DNA from: Rhodospirillales bacterium
Lineage (GTDB): Bacteria; Pseudomonadota; Alphaproteobacteria; CACIAM-22H2
Direction: 5' to 3'
Length of the DNA: 64,000 nucleotides
Assembly (NCBI GenBank): GCA_016794025.1
Contig: JAEUKX010000069.1
Span: 3,980-67,979 of the forward strand
Positions 44,773 to 54,904 of this stretch are shown one piece after another. Each line of letters starts with the position of its first letter. Position 1 is the first letter of the stretch. A model generated the notes under the pieces. It made no database searches. It was not told the DNA's origin and saw only the letters and a list, made by a program, of their open reading frames with translations. The translations under genes were made by a program, and so were the position numbers.

Positions 44773-47700
44773 CCGCGCGCGCGATCGAGGACGGCCTCGC
44801 CAACCAGCGCGCGGCGGCGGATCCTGCCAACTCCGTCTGGGTCGTCGCGAATGCCGGCTCCGGAAAGACCTACGTGCTCACCTCGCGCATCGTGCGTCTG
44901 CTGCTGGCCGGCGCGCGGCCCTCCGCCGTGCTCTGCCTCACCTTCACGAAGGCGGCCGCCGCGGAAATGCGCGACCGGCTTTCGCGTCTTCTGGCGGACT
45001 GGGCGACGTGCCCGGAAGCCGATCTGGCGAGAGGCCTGGTCGACCGGCTGGGCCGTGCGCCCGAGCTGCGCGAGCTCGAGGACGCGCGCACCTTGTTTGC
45101 GCGCGTGATCGACGCGCCCGGCAGCCTGCGCATCCAGACGATCCACTCGTTCTGCGAAGGTCTCCTCAAGCGGTTTCCCGTCGAAGCCGGCGTGCCGCCG
45201 CATTTTGCGGTGGCCGACGAAGCGACCGCCAAGGCGCTGCGTCGCGAGGCGCGCGAAACTCTGGTGGCCGATGCCGCAACGGATGAAAAACTCGCCCGTG
45301 CGCTGCGCGCGATGGCGGAGCGGGCAGGCGAATCGGGTTTCGAGTCGGCTATCGAGTCGCTTCTCGGCGGTCGCCGCCGACTGCGATCGCTTCTGGCGCG
45401 CGCGAACGGCAATGTCGACACAGCCGTAGCCGAGGTCTACGCCGTGCTCGGCGTGCGTGCGGACGAGACGCGCGTTTCTGCCTTCGCGGCCCATCGCGAC
45501 GAGGCCGACCGTGACGCGCTCGAGCATGCTGCCAAGGCTCTCGGCGGCGGCTCGAAGACCGACAAGACGCGTGCGACGGACCTTATCGATGCCTTGGCTG
45601 GAGTAAGCGAGGAAGCACTTGCCAGCTGGCTCGACGTATTTCTCACCAAGGAAGGGGAAATCCGCTCCCGGCTTGCGACGAAGGGGATCGTCGATACGCA
45701 TCCCGAGGTCGAAGAGACGCTGCGCGCGGAACAGCGCCGTACGCTTGCACTGGCGGAGAGGCTTGCCGCAATCGCGGTGGCCGGACCCTCGGCGGCGCTC
45801 GTGCGCGCAGGTGCCGCGCTTTTCGAACGCTACGATGGGCTCAAGGCCTCGCGCGCGCTGCTCGACTACGACGACCTGATCCTCGGGGCGGCGGGCCTGC
45901 TGCAGGGTGCGACGCCATGGGTGCTCTACAAGCTTGATGGCGGCATCGACCATATTCTGGTCGATGAGGCACAAGATACCGCGCCCGAGCAGTGGTCGGC
46001 CGTGGCGGCACTGGTCGGCGAGTTCTTCGCAGGATCGGGCGCACGCGAGCGGATGCCGCCGCGCGGGGTCTTCGTGGTGGGCGACGAGAAGCAGTCGATC
46101 TTCAGCTTCCAGGGGGCGGATCTCGCCACTTTCGAGGACATGCGCGAAAAGTTGCGCGTGCGCGCGGGCGCTTCGTGGAAGGAAGTGCCGCTCGAAGTCT
46201 CGTTTCGCTCGGCGCCGGCCGTGCTCGAGGCGGTGGATCGCGTCTTTGCGGTCGAATCGAACCGAGCGGGCGTCGTATCCGGCGGCCGTGACCTTGCCCA
46301 TCGCGCGATCCGTGCGGGCGCCGGCGGCCGGGTTGAATTGTGGCCGCCCGAGGCCACGGTCGATCAGGACGAGCCGCCGCCCTGGGATGCGCCCCTGGAC
46401 TATGTGCCGGGCGAGCATCCGTCGGTTCGGCTTGCGCAGCGCATCGCCCGCACGGTTGCCGGCTGGATCGGGCGCGAGGACCTGCCGGCGCGCGGGCGCA
46501 AGGTGCGCGCGGGCGACGTGCTGGTGCTGGTTCGTCGCCGCAACCGGTTCTTCGATGCCTGCGTGCGTGCGTTCAAGGATGCCGGTGTGCCGGTCGCCGG
46601 CGCCGACCGGATGGTTCTTGCCGACCAGATCGCGGTCATGGACCTGATGTCTCTTGCGCGCTTCTGCCTGATGCCGGCCGACGATCTTTCGCTGGCGGAG
46701 GTGCTGAAGTCGCCGCTTTACGATTTCGACGACGATGATCTTTTCGCGCTGGCATGGGCCCGGAAGCGGCATCTGTGGGCTACCTTGCGCGCGCGCGCCG
46801 CCGAACGGCCGAAATGGGCTGCCGCGGCCGGCGAACTGTCGGAGATCCTTGCGCGCGCCGACTTCGTGGCACCCTACGAGCTGTTCGCCGACCTGCTGAA
46901 TGCACGCGACGGCCGCCGTCGGATGCTGGCGCGTCTGGGGCCGGATGCGGCCGATCCGCTCGACGAGTTCCTCGCCGCATGTCTTTCGTTCGAGCGCGGC
47001 GGGCCGGCCTCGCTGCAGGGCTTCCTGGCCTGGTTTGAATCCGGCGGCACCGACATCAAGCGCGACATGGAGCAGGGGCGCGACGAGGTGCGCGTGATGA
47101 CCGTGCATGGCGCAAAGGGGCTCGAGGCGGACATCGTCTTCCTGCCGGATACCTGCGTGCCGCCGTCCACAAAAGACCCCGTCGCGTGGGCGGGCGACGT
47201 GCCGCTGTGGCCGCCGAGCGGCAACGGCGCGCAGCCGGCGGTCAGGGCCGCGCGCGATGCGGCAGGCGTGCGCGAACAGGCCGAGTACCGCAGGCTTCTC
47301 TATGTCGCCATGACGCGCGCACGCGACAGGCTCTATATCTGCGGCTGGACTGGCAAGGCCGGAGTCGCGCCCGGTTCCTGGTATTCGCTCGTCGAGCCGG
47401 CGCTGCGCTCCGATCCGCGTGCGGCCGAGATCGAGACGCCCGATGGGCCGATCCTGCGCATCGAACGGCCGACGACCATCGTCGACGTGCCGCCGCGCGA
47501 CGAGGCGTCTGTGCCGGCTGCCGAACCGCTGCCGGACTGGGCACGGGCGCAGACCGCGCCTGTCGAACCCGTGCCCTCGCGGCCGCTCGTGCCCTCGCGG
47601 CCCGACGCCGAACCTGCCGTGGTCTCACCGCTCGGGGCGGATGCCGGGTTCGGTTTTCTGCGTGGCCGGCTCATTCACCGGCTCCTGCAGACGCTTCCCG

Positions 47701-48158
47701 ACCTCGCCGTGCCGGATCGGCGCCCGGCCGCCCTTCGGTTGCTGGCGCGGCCCGCCTACGCCCTGTCGCCGGCCCAGATCGGCGAGATCGCCGACGAGAC
47801 GCTGGCCGTGCTTGCCGATCCGGTGTTCGCGCCGGCTTTCGAGGGAGCGACGATTGCCGAGGCTCCGGTCGTGGCGCGGCTGGGCACCCGCACGATCGCC
47901 GGGCGCATCGACAGACTTGCCGTGCGCGACGACGGAATCTTTGTCGTCGACTACAAGACAAACCGCCCGCCGCCCGCCGAACCGGATGGCGTGTCGCCGG
48001 CCTATATCGGGCAGCTCGCCGCCTATCGGGCCGCCCTTGTGCCGCTGTTTCCGGGCCGCACGATCCGCTGCGCGCTGCTGTGGACGCATGCGCCGCGACT
48101 GATGGAAATCCCCGGCGCGATGCTGGATCGATTCGATCCTAACCGACTGATTTCGTGA
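44769..48158 (+). CDS. addA: Double-strand break repair helicase/nuclease AddA
   Basis: ANAGSGKT, TFTKAAAAEM, LVDEAQDT, VGDEKQSIFSFQGA, MTVHGAKGLE, YVAMTRA and IDRL...VDYKT motifs; ATGA overlap with addB. Confidence 0.95.
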   Translation: MTARAIEDGLANQRAAADPANSVWVVANAGSGKTYVLTSRIVRLLLAGARPSAVLCLTFTKAAAAEMRDRLSRLLADWATCPEADLARGLVDRLGRAPELRELEDARTLFARVIDAPGSLRIQTIHSFCEGLLKRFPVEAGVPPHFAVADEATAKALRREARETLVADAATDEKLARALRAMAERAGESGFESAIESLLGGRRRLRSLLARANGNVDTAVAEVYAVLGVRADETRVSAFAAHRDEADRDALEHAAKALGGGSKTDKTRATDLIDALAGVSEEALASWLDVFLTKEGEIRSRLATKGIVDTHPEVEETLRAEQRRTLALAERLAAIAVAGPSAALVRAGAALFERYDGLKASRALLDYDDLILGAAGLLQGATPWVLYKLDGGIDHILVDEAQDTAPEQWSAVAALVGEFFAGSGARERMPPRGVFVVGDEKQSIFSFQGADLATFEDMREKLRVRAGASWKEVPLEVSFRSAPAVLEAVDRVFAVESNRAGVVSGGRDLAHRAIRAGAGGRVELWPPEATVDQDEPPPWDAPLDYVPGEHPSVRLAQRIARTVAGWIGREDLPARGRKVRAGDVLVLVRRRNRFFDACVRAFKDAGVPVAGADRMVLADQIAVMDLMSLARFCLMPADDLSLAEVLKSPLYDFDDDDLFALAWARKRHLWATLRARAAERPKWAAAAGELSEILARADFVAPYELFADLLNARDGRRRMLARLGPDAADPLDEFLAACLSFERGGPASLQGFLAWFESGGTDIKRDMEQGRDEVRVMTVHGAKGLEADIVFLPDTCVPPSTKDPVAWAGDVPLWPPSGNGAQPAVRAARDAAGVREQAEYRRLLYVAMTRARDRLYICGWTGKAGVAPGSWYSLVEPALRSDPRAAEIETPDGPILRIERPTTIVDVPPRDEASVPAAEPLPDWARAQTAPVEPVPSRPLVPSRPDAEPAVVSPLGADAGFGFLRGRLIHRLLQTLPDLAVPDRRPAALRLLARPAYALSPAQIGEIADETLAVLADPVFAPAFEGATIAEAPVVARLGTRTIAGRIDRLAVRDDGIFVVDYKTNRPPPAEPDGVSPAYIGQLAAYRAALVPLFPGRTIRCALLWTHAPRLMEIPGAMLDRFDPNRLIS

Positions 48159-48184
48159 ATTAGTTTAATTGAAACCCGCGCGCC

Positions 48185-48213
48185 TTGACCCCGGCCGTGC
48201 CCCTACCTACGTT
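48185..48213 (+). promoter_or_regulatory. Sigma70-type promoter of trxA (TTGACC-N17-TACGTT)
   Basis: Hexamers at 48185-48190 and 48208-48213. Confidence 0.5.
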
Positions 48214-48256
48214 TTAGGACCTTCGATTCGCCAGAACATCCACGCGAGGCCTTTCC

Positions 48257-48583
48257 ATGAGCGCCAATACCACCAAGGTTACCGATGCCAGCTTCCAGGC
48301 CGACGTGCTTCAGTCGAAGTCGCCGGTGCTGGTGGATTTCTGGGCGGAATGGTGCGGCCCCTGCAAGCAGATCGCGCCGGCGCTGGACGAGCTCGCCACC
48401 GACATGGCGGGCAAGCTGACCGTCGCCAAGATCAACATCGATGAAAATCCGATGACCCCGTCGAAGTACGGCGTGCGCGGCATTCCGACCCTGATGCTGT
48501 TCAAGGGCGGCGAGGTCGCGGCCACGAAGATCGGCTCGCTTCCGAAGAGCAAGCTCTACGAGTGGGTCCAGCAGAACGTCTGA
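48257..48583 (+). CDS. trxA: Thioredoxin
   Basis: 108 aa; [16 protein letters not shown] and YGVRGIPTL motifs. Confidence 0.97.
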   Translation: MSANTTKVTDASFQADVLQSKSPVLVDFWAEWCGPCKQIAPALDELATDMAGKLTVAKINIDENPMTPSKYGVRGIPTLMLFKGGEVAATKIGSLPKSKLYEWVQQNV

Positions 48584-48608
48584 GCCCGAACAGGCCCGGT
48601 TCACCGCA

Positions 48609-48634
48609 GCCCCGCGCCGGCAACGGCGCGGGGT
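48609..48634. terminator. Hairpin between convergent trxA and glycosyltransferase genes
   Basis: GCCCCGCGCCG-GCAA-CGGCGCGGGGT stem-loop; the U-tract is weak. Confidence 0.65.
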
Positions 48635-48643
48635 TGTGCATTT

Positions 48644-49891
48644 CTAGGCAAACTGCGCGTCGAGCCACGCCGACAGGCGGCCGGCGTAATGTGCCCAGGT
48701 GAATTCCTCGGCGCGTGCGCGGGCCGCCTTGGCCATGCGCGCGCGCAGGTCGGGATCGCGCGCAAGTACGCGCAGCCGGTCGATCAGTGAATCGACGTCG
48801 CGCGGCGGAACAAGCAGGCCCTCCACCCCGTCGCGCACGACCGAGCCCGTGTTTGGCGTGCACACGACCGGCAGGCCCGAGGCGAGCGCCTCGTAACTTG
48901 CGAAGGCGGAGCCCTCATGCAGCGAGGGATAGGCGAAGACGTCGGCCGTCTGGAAAAGCCGGTGGACCTCATGGAATGGGACATGGCGCACGTGCCGGAA
49001 GATGTCCGCATAGGGCGCGAATGCCGCCGGATCGCCGGTCATCTTGCCCACGCATACAAGTTCGAGGCCGGGAATGTCTGCACGGCGCGCGGCCTCGAGC
49101 AGGTACTTGATGCCCTTGCGCTGCGTAAGCCCGCCCACGAACAGCACGCGGAAGCGCCCGTCTTGCGGGCGCGGTGCCTCGGGCGGCCGGAAGCGCTCGG
49201 TGTCGACGCCATAGGGCAGCACGAATATCCGGGAAGGTTCGGTGCCGCGGGCGATCATGGTCTCGCGCACATAGTCCGAGGGCACGATGACCCGGTCCGC
49301 CTCGCGCGCCTCGATCGCGCACTGTTCGATCACGCGGCGCGGCGGCAAGGGCAGGGTCTCGGCAAATTCGGGTGCGCGGCGCGCCTCCTCGGCGAAGATG
49401 TCGAGGCCCGCCTCGATGTGCCCGATGACCTGGTTGAGGATCGCTAGCCCCCCGTAGCTCTGCGTGGCGCGCTGGGCCGCAAGCGCGGAACTGTCGTGCC
49501 CGATCGTGAAGTGCGGGCGTTCGGCCAGCACACGCTGGGCGAATTGCGCGTCGAACACGTCATTGCGCCACGCGATGGCGGCAAGCTGATGCCGGGCCGG
49601 GAGCCGCAGGCGCGTCGAGGCGACGTACATGAGCTCCGGCACCGGCTGGAACGTGACGCGCGCCGGATCCACGCCCGGATGGGAGCGGCGCTTCAGTTCC
49701 CGCTCGATCCGGCCGCGCAGCGCGCCCGGCAGCAGTGCCGTGAGGCGCGGCAGGAGACCGCGCCCGGTCCAGAACAGGCCGGTCTCGAAGCCGGTATCGA
49801 ATCCGGCGCCCTGCAGGGCCGCGACAAGCTGATAGGCGAGATGGTTCGAACCCGGATGCCCCACAAGCCCGCGGATCGAGGCGCGATTCAC
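48644..49891 (-). CDS. Glycosyltransferase family 4
   Basis: VLPYGVDTERF, LFVGGLTQRKG and YPSLHEGSAFASYEALASGLPV (EX7E) motifs. GTG start overlaps the flippase TGA. Confidence 0.88.
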   Translation of the reverse strand: MNRASIRGLVGHPGSNHLAYQLVAALQGAGFDTGFETGLFWTGRGLLPRLTALLPGALRGRIERELKRRSHPGVDPARVTFQPVPELMYVASTRLRLPARHQLAAIAWRNDVFDAQFAQRVLAERPHFTIGHDSSALAAQRATQSYGGLAILNQVIGHIEAGLDIFAEEARRAPEFAETLPLPPRRVIEQCAIEAREADRVIVPSDYVRETMIARGTEPSRIFVLPYGVDTERFRPPEAPRPQDGRFRVLFVGGLTQRKGIKYLLEAARRADIPGLELVCVGKMTGDPAAFAPYADIFRHVRHVPFHEVHRLFQTADVFAYPSLHEGSAFASYEALASGLPVVCTPNTGSVVRDGVEGLLVPPRDVDSLIDRLRVLARDPDLRARMAKAARARAEEFTWAHYAGRLSAWLDAQFA

Positions 49892-51177
49892 GGCAGCACC
49901 CGTGCGAGCACGCGGCGCACCTGCGCAACGTCGTCCGCGGTGGGCCGGAACAGGACCAGCGTGGGCGAGCCGATCCGCTGCCGAAGCATCCCGGCCATCG
50001 CCAGCAGCGCCACGACATTGGCCACGACGAGCGCCCAGGCAGCGCCGCGGATGCCGATGGCCGGCATCAGCAGGGCAAGCGAGGCAATCGCGGCCAGCAG
50101 GCCCGCGCCTTCGGCCCAGCCGATGGCGAGCGACTTGTCGAATGCGTTGAGCGCCTGGATGAACATCAGCTTCGCGGCGAAGAACGGAAGGCCGATCAGC
50201 ATGATCTGGCACAGAACCGCGCTTTCCTCGAACGCCTGTCCGAATATGAGCGGCACGAGAAATGGCGCCAGCACCGCAAGGCCGGCTGCACTCGCCACCG
50301 ACAACGCCATCGCGAGACGCAGGTAGGTGCCGAAGATCCGCAGCTTCTCGGCCGGGTCGGGCGCCTGGCTGATCTTGGGAAACGCCACGCCGGCGACCGT
50401 ATTGACGAGGATCATCGGCCCGTTCGCCACGGTCAGCGCCACGACGTAGTGGCCCATGTCGCTCGCGCTCAGATAGAGCGAAACGCCCATCTGGTCGACG
50501 CGCTGGCGCAGGCTGTTGACCATCTCGCCCAGATGCAGCCGGGCCCCGTAGCCGAGCAGTCCCTTCGCCGTGGCGTAGTCCGGACGCCAGCCGACCCAGC
50601 CCTTGCGGGCGAGCCACAGGAATCCGACGACGCCGGAAATGAGCGTTCCGCCGATATACGCGGCGGCGAAGGATCCGACGTCGGTCCGTCCCGCGAAATG
50701 GAGAATGCCGATGAAGCCGAGATATCCGAGACCGACGAGTGCGCGCACGACGTTCCAGGCGACAAGGTCCAGATGACCCTGGAACATCGTCGCGACAAAG
50801 AGCGAGAACAGGTAGACCGGGACATAGGCCGCGATATACCAGCCTTCGACCGCCTGCACGGTCGCGGTATCGCTGGTCGTCATGTAGGGGATGACGAGGT
50901 AGCCGACCGTGGTCAGGACGGCGGTGAGCCCGATCCCGATCCAGATGACCGTCGCGAACAGCACCTTCGGCGGGGCCGCGCGGGTCGCCGCGCGGTAGAG
51001 CAGCGCATCCGACATCGCGAGGATGCCGAACTCCATCAGCAGGCCCGGCCAGAGCATGATCTCGGCAAGTTCGCCGCGCCCCTCGGGAAGCAGGAACCTT
51101 GCGGCGAGAAGGCCCGTCAGGATGTTGACGGTCTGGATCAGGATCGTGGTCAGGAAGGAAAGCGAGATGTCCTTCAT
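49888..51177 (-). CDS. Wzx/MATE-like polysaccharide flippase
   Basis: About 430 aa with many TM helices; LLAARFLLPEGRGELA and GHYVVALTVA segments; embedded among GT genes. Confidence 0.8.
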   Translation of the reverse strand: MKDISLSFLTTILIQTVNILTGLLAARFLLPEGRGELAEIMLWPGLLMEFGILAMSDALLYRAATRAAPPKVLFATVIWIGIGLTAVLTTVGYLVIPYMTTSDTATVQAVEGWYIAAYVPVYLFSLFVATMFQGHLDLVAWNVVRALVGLGYLGFIGILHFAGRTDVGSFAAAYIGGTLISGVVGFLWLARKGWVGWRPDYATAKGLLGYGARLHLGEMVNSLRQRVDQMGVSLYLSASDMGHYVVALTVANGPMILVNTVAGVAFPKISQAPDPAEKLRIFGTYLRLAMALSVASAAGLAVLAPFLVPLIFGQAFEESAVLCQIMLIGLPFFAAKLMFIQALNAFDKSLAIGWAEGAGLLAAIASLALLMPAIGIRGAAWALVVANVVALLAMAGMLRQRIGSPTLVLFRPTADDVAQVRRVLARVLP

Positions 51178-52397
51178 GGCGCGATCCGCCCCGGGCATAC
51201 GGCAGCAAGCGCTGCACGCAGACCTGCCACGTCTTCGCGGTAGCTCCAGGTGGAGATGATCGCGGCGGACTGTCTGCCCATCGCTGCAAGGCCTGCCGCA
51301 TCGCGCAGCACTTCGCCCAGTGCACGCGAAAGATCTGCAAGGTCGTCGGTGCGGAAGATGGCTCCGTTCGCGCCGGGCCTCACGAGGTCGGGCGCCGCAC
51401 CGATGCTGTCCGAGCAGATGACGGCCTTGCCCGCGCACATCACCTCGTTGACGACAAGTCCCCAGGCTTCCTGGCCGGAAGGCAACACGAAGACGTCGCA
51501 GAGGTCATAGCAGGGCGGCAGCTCGTTCTGCTTCTTGAAGCCGAGGAAGCGCACCGCGTCGGGACCCAGAGCCGCCGCCGCCGCTTCGAGTTCGCCGCGC
51601 TGCGGACCGTCGCCCACGAAGGCGAGCACCGGATTGCGCATGGCCGGATCTGCGTGGATTCGCGCGAAGGCGTCGAGCAGCAGGCGCGGACGCTTGCGTT
51701 CGATGAGCTTGGCGCAGAACAGGATGACGGGTCGGCCCGGCGCGATGCCGAGCTCGCGCTTGAACGCATCCCTGCTTTTCGACGCGTCGGCCGCCTGCAC
51801 GGCAAAGCGGTCGTTGTCGACCGCATAGGGCACGTGGAAGATCCGCGAATCCGGCACGCCCTGGTCGCGCCAGTACTGCCGGTTCATCGAGCCGATGGCG
51901 AGATATGCGTCGACGCCACGTTTCAGGATCTCGAAGAACGCGCGTTTGGCGAGACGCTTGGCGGGCGAGCGCACGGCCGAGATGGGCGTGGCCTCGTCGC
52001 GGATCATGACCTTGATGCCGCGGCACTTCGCCGACGCGATCGCCGCCCAATGGCTGAAATGGGCATAGCCGTGGATCCACAGGGCGTCGAAACGCCCCTC
52101 GTCGAGTTCGCGCGCGAAGCCGCGCGACAGCGGCCGCCACAGCGTCAGCGGCTCGAGGATCCCGGCGGGCGGCGTCGGGTCGAGGCGCGCGAGCGTCCTG
52201 TGCCTGTAACCTTCGACGAGCGGCACGTCCCAGACGATCTGCTGGCCGAACTCGCCGGCGACGAACGGCCGGGTCGTGAAATCCGTGCCGAAGAACGCGG
52301 TGAAGTCGATGTCCGGCTGTGCCGCCATCATGCGCAGCAGGGGCGCCTGATAGGGGATCGGGTGGGTGACGAGATAGGCAAGGCGCAGCTTCTCCAT
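51174..52397 (-). CDS. Glycosyltransferase family 4
   Basis: THPIPYQAP, VPYAVDNDRF, LFCAKLIERK and PSGQEAWGLVVNEVM motifs. Confidence 0.88.
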   Translation of the reverse strand: MEKLRLAYLVTHPIPYQAPLLRMMAAQPDIDFTAFFGTDFTTRPFVAGEFGQQIVWDVPLVEGYRHRTLARLDPTPPAGILEPLTLWRPLSRGFARELDEGRFDALWIHGYAHFSHWAAIASAKCRGIKVMIRDEATPISAVRSPAKRLAKRAFFEILKRGVDAYLAIGSMNRQYWRDQGVPDSRIFHVPYAVDNDRFAVQAADASKSRDAFKRELGIAPGRPVILFCAKLIERKRPRLLLDAFARIHADPAMRNPVLAFVGDGPQRGELEAAAAALGPDAVRFLGFKKQNELPPCYDLCDVFVLPSGQEAWGLVVNEVMCAGKAVICSDSIGAAPDLVRPGANGAIFRTDDLADLSRALGEVLRDAAGLAAMGRQSAAIISTWSYREDVAGLRAALAAVCPGRIAP

Positions 52398-52405
52398 CGC
52401 CGCCC

Positions 52406-54163
52406 TCACGCCGGAACGAACGCGCGGTAGACCTGCCGCGACCAGCCGCGCAAGCCGCGAAGCGCTGCGTCGGGATGGGCCTCGCCCATCAGCCATTCGC
52501 GCACCGGCACCACGAAGCCGGTCTTCGGCCGTTCGGTCAGTTCGGGCGGCAGGGGTGGAACAGGCGTTGCGGCCAGCGCCCGCTTGCCGGGCTCGCCGAG
52601 TGAGGGCAGGACATTGGCAAGGAAAACCGGATCGACGAAGGGAACGCGGATCTCGATCGAATGCGCCATGCCCGCCCAGTCGGCGTCGCGCAGCAACCTG
52701 TCGCGCATGTAGTTGGCGATCTCGAGCGCGGATACCTTCAGCCGGTCCGACGGCACGCCGGCCAGTCCGCGGTCGAGCGCGTCAGGGTAGCCCAGCGTCG
52801 CAAGGCCTTCCTCGGCCATCGCGCGCGGCAGCAGGCCGGCGATTTCCCAGGGCATGTGCAGGGCGCGCCGCAGCAAGTAGGCACCGGGGAACGTCGCGCC
52901 GTACTCGAACAGGCCTGCGTATTTTGGCGACGTGAGACTGCCGATCCAGCCTTGCGTAGCCGCGCGGAAGGCGGATCCGAGAAAGGCGAAGGGCTTCGTG
53001 CGGCGCACGAGCTTGGGGATCTGCGCAAAACCGGGATAGCCCGCAAATATCTCGTCGCCGCCAAGGCCGGAGAGTGCGACCTTCAGACCCGTGCGACGCG
53101 CCGCGCGCGCGACGAAATAGGTGTTGATGCCGTCGACGGTGGGCTGATCCATCGCCGCGAACAGCGCGGTCCGTTCGGCCGCAAACTCCTCGCGGCCAAT
53201 CCAGTGCGTGTGCTGGCGCGTGCCGCGTGCCTTGGCGAACGCCTCGGCCGGTGCAGTCTCGTCATTCCCGGTGCCGCGAAAGGCATCGAAGCCCAGCGTC
53301 ACCGTGTCGAGCTGGCCGGCATTCGTTTCGGCCGCGATGCCGGCAAGCGTCGTCGAATCGATACCCGCCGAAAGGAAAACGCCCACCGGCACGTCGGCGA
53401 TCATGTGGTGCGCGACCGTGTCGCGGACGGCCTCGCGAAGCGTGGGCGCGCTTGCGGCAGGCGAGGCGAGCGCCGAGCACAGATCGAAGAACGGCCTTGG
53501 TGCGTCCGCGCCTTCGGCGCCGATCCACATCGCGCTGCCGGCGGGTAGCGCGCGGATTCCGCGATAGAGTGTGTGCGGATCGGGAACGTGGCCCCACAGG
53601 AAGAAGCCGGCGTGACCGGCTGGATCGGGCCGCGTGTCGGGGGAATCCGCGGCAAGCAGCGCCTTGACCTGGCTTGCGAAGCGCAACGTTCGGCCGTCGT
53701 CCGAGAAATAGAGCGGCTTGATCCCGAACGGATCGCGCGCGAGGAACAGCGCGTTCCGCGACGGATCGTGAATCGCCAGCGCGTACATCCCGCGCAGTCG
53801 CGCAAGCATCCCTTCGCCTTCGCGCGCGTAGAGATGCAGCAGAACTTCGGTGTCGGAACTTGTCTCGAAACGCGCACCGGCGGCCGCAAGGCCCTCGCGC
53901 AGTTCCCGATAGTTGAAGATCTCGCCGTTAAAGACGATGCGGATGTCGGTACCCGCCAGTCGCATGGGCTGGTCGGCCACGCTGCGCAGGTCGATGATCG
54001 ACAGCCGCCGGTGGCCGAAGGCCACGCGCCCGTCGGCCGAGAACCACTCGCCCGTGCCGTCGGGACCGCGCGCGGCCATCGCATCGCGCATCGCGCGCAG
54101 CTCGCCCTCGCGCAGCTTCGGCGCGCCGGCGGCATAGGCGAATGCACCGGCGATGCCGCACAT
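52406..54163 (-). CDS. Asparagine synthase (glutamine-hydrolyzing)-like amidotransferase, probably glycan-modifying
   Basis: MCGIAG N-terminal nucleophile, RGPDG, FNGEIFNY, LARDPFGIKPLY, FLSAGIDS and SGLGGDE motifs; located in a glycan locus. Confidence 0.88.
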   Translation of the reverse strand: MCGIAGAFAYAAGAPKLREGELRAMRDAMAARGPDGTGEWFSADGRVAFGHRRLSIIDLRSVADQPMRLAGTDIRIVFNGEIFNYRELREGLAAAGARFETSSDTEVLLHLYAREGEGMLARLRGMYALAIHDPSRNALFLARDPFGIKPLYFSDDGRTLRFASQVKALLAADSPDTRPDPAGHAGFFLWGHVPDPHTLYRGIRALPAGSAMWIGAEGADAPRPFFDLCSALASPAASAPTLREAVRDTVAHHMIADVPVGVFLSAGIDSTTLAGIAAETNAGQLDTVTLGFDAFRGTGNDETAPAEAFAKARGTRQHTHWIGREEFAAERTALFAAMDQPTVDGINTYFVARAARRTGLKVALSGLGGDEIFAGYPGFAQIPKLVRRTKPFAFLGSAFRAATQGWIGSLTSPKYAGLFEYGATFPGAYLLRRALHMPWEIAGLLPRAMAEEGLATLGYPDALDRGLAGVPSDRLKVSALEIANYMRDRLLRDADWAGMAHSIEIRVPFVDPVFLANVLPSLGEPGKRALAATPVPPLPPELTERPKTGFVVPVREWLMGEAHPDAALRGLRGWSRQVYRAFVPA

Positions 54164-54165
54164 GT

Positions 54166-54900
54166 CTATTTCACCGCCACGGCGAACAGGTTCTGCGTCA
54201 GGACCGTATGCTGGCGCGAGCCGGTCTCCACCGCCAGATAGAAACGCAAGACTGCGCGGATGGCGCGCCATAGCACCGCGCGCACGAGGCTGGCGGCACC
54301 GTGCACGGCCGGAGGGTCCTCGAAACAATCGACGCGCGACCAGCCCGAGGCCAGGAAGAGCTGCGTGAGGCTCTCCGGCGTGAACGCGATTTCGTGCGTG
54401 AAATCGGAATAGATCATCAGCGTACCGAACGGGGATGCGCCATTGGGCACGTGAAGAATGAGACGACCGCCCTTCTTCAGCACGCGCGCGATCGCGTCGA
54501 CCGCGTCAACTGCCTCATCGCGAGTCAGGTGTTCAAGCACGTCGAACAGGATGACGGCGTCGTACCGGTCCGCCGGGGCGTCAGCCAGCGCGTCCATGAG
54601 CTGGCCTTCGCGGATTCCCTCGATGCCGAGCCGACGGGCGGCCGCGACTTGCGCGGAAGACCCGTCGACACCCTCGATGTTCGCGTAGCCGAGCTGCCGC
54701 GCGAAATGGATCAGCGCGCCGTGCCCGCAGCCGAGTTCCAGGATGCGCGCGTTGCGGTCAGCCGGGAAATGGTCCCGGATGAGGCGCGTGAGGTGGGCCG
54801 AGCGCGGGGCAAGCCCGCCGAGCGTGTCGGGCGCCAGCGGCGCGCAGGTGGCGGCCGTGTAGTTGGCATAGATGCGCGCGCGGAAGCGGGTGTCGCCCAT
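54166..54900 (-). CDS. Class I SAM-dependent methyltransferase
   Basis: ILELGCGHG motif I, FDVLEHL, LKKGGRLILHVPN. Confidence 0.88.
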   Translation of the reverse strand: MGDTRFRARIYANYTAATCAPLAPDTLGGLAPRSAHLTRLIRDHFPADRNARILELGCGHGALIHFARQLGYANIEGVDGSSAQVAAARRLGIEGIREGQLMDALADAPADRYDAVILFDVLEHLTRDEAVDAVDAIARVLKKGGRLILHVPNGASPFGTLMIYSDFTHEIAFTPESLTQLFLASGWSRVDCFEDPPAVHGAASLVRAVLWRAIRAVLRFYLAVETGSRQHTVLTQNLFAVAVK

Positions 54901-54904
54901 CGTC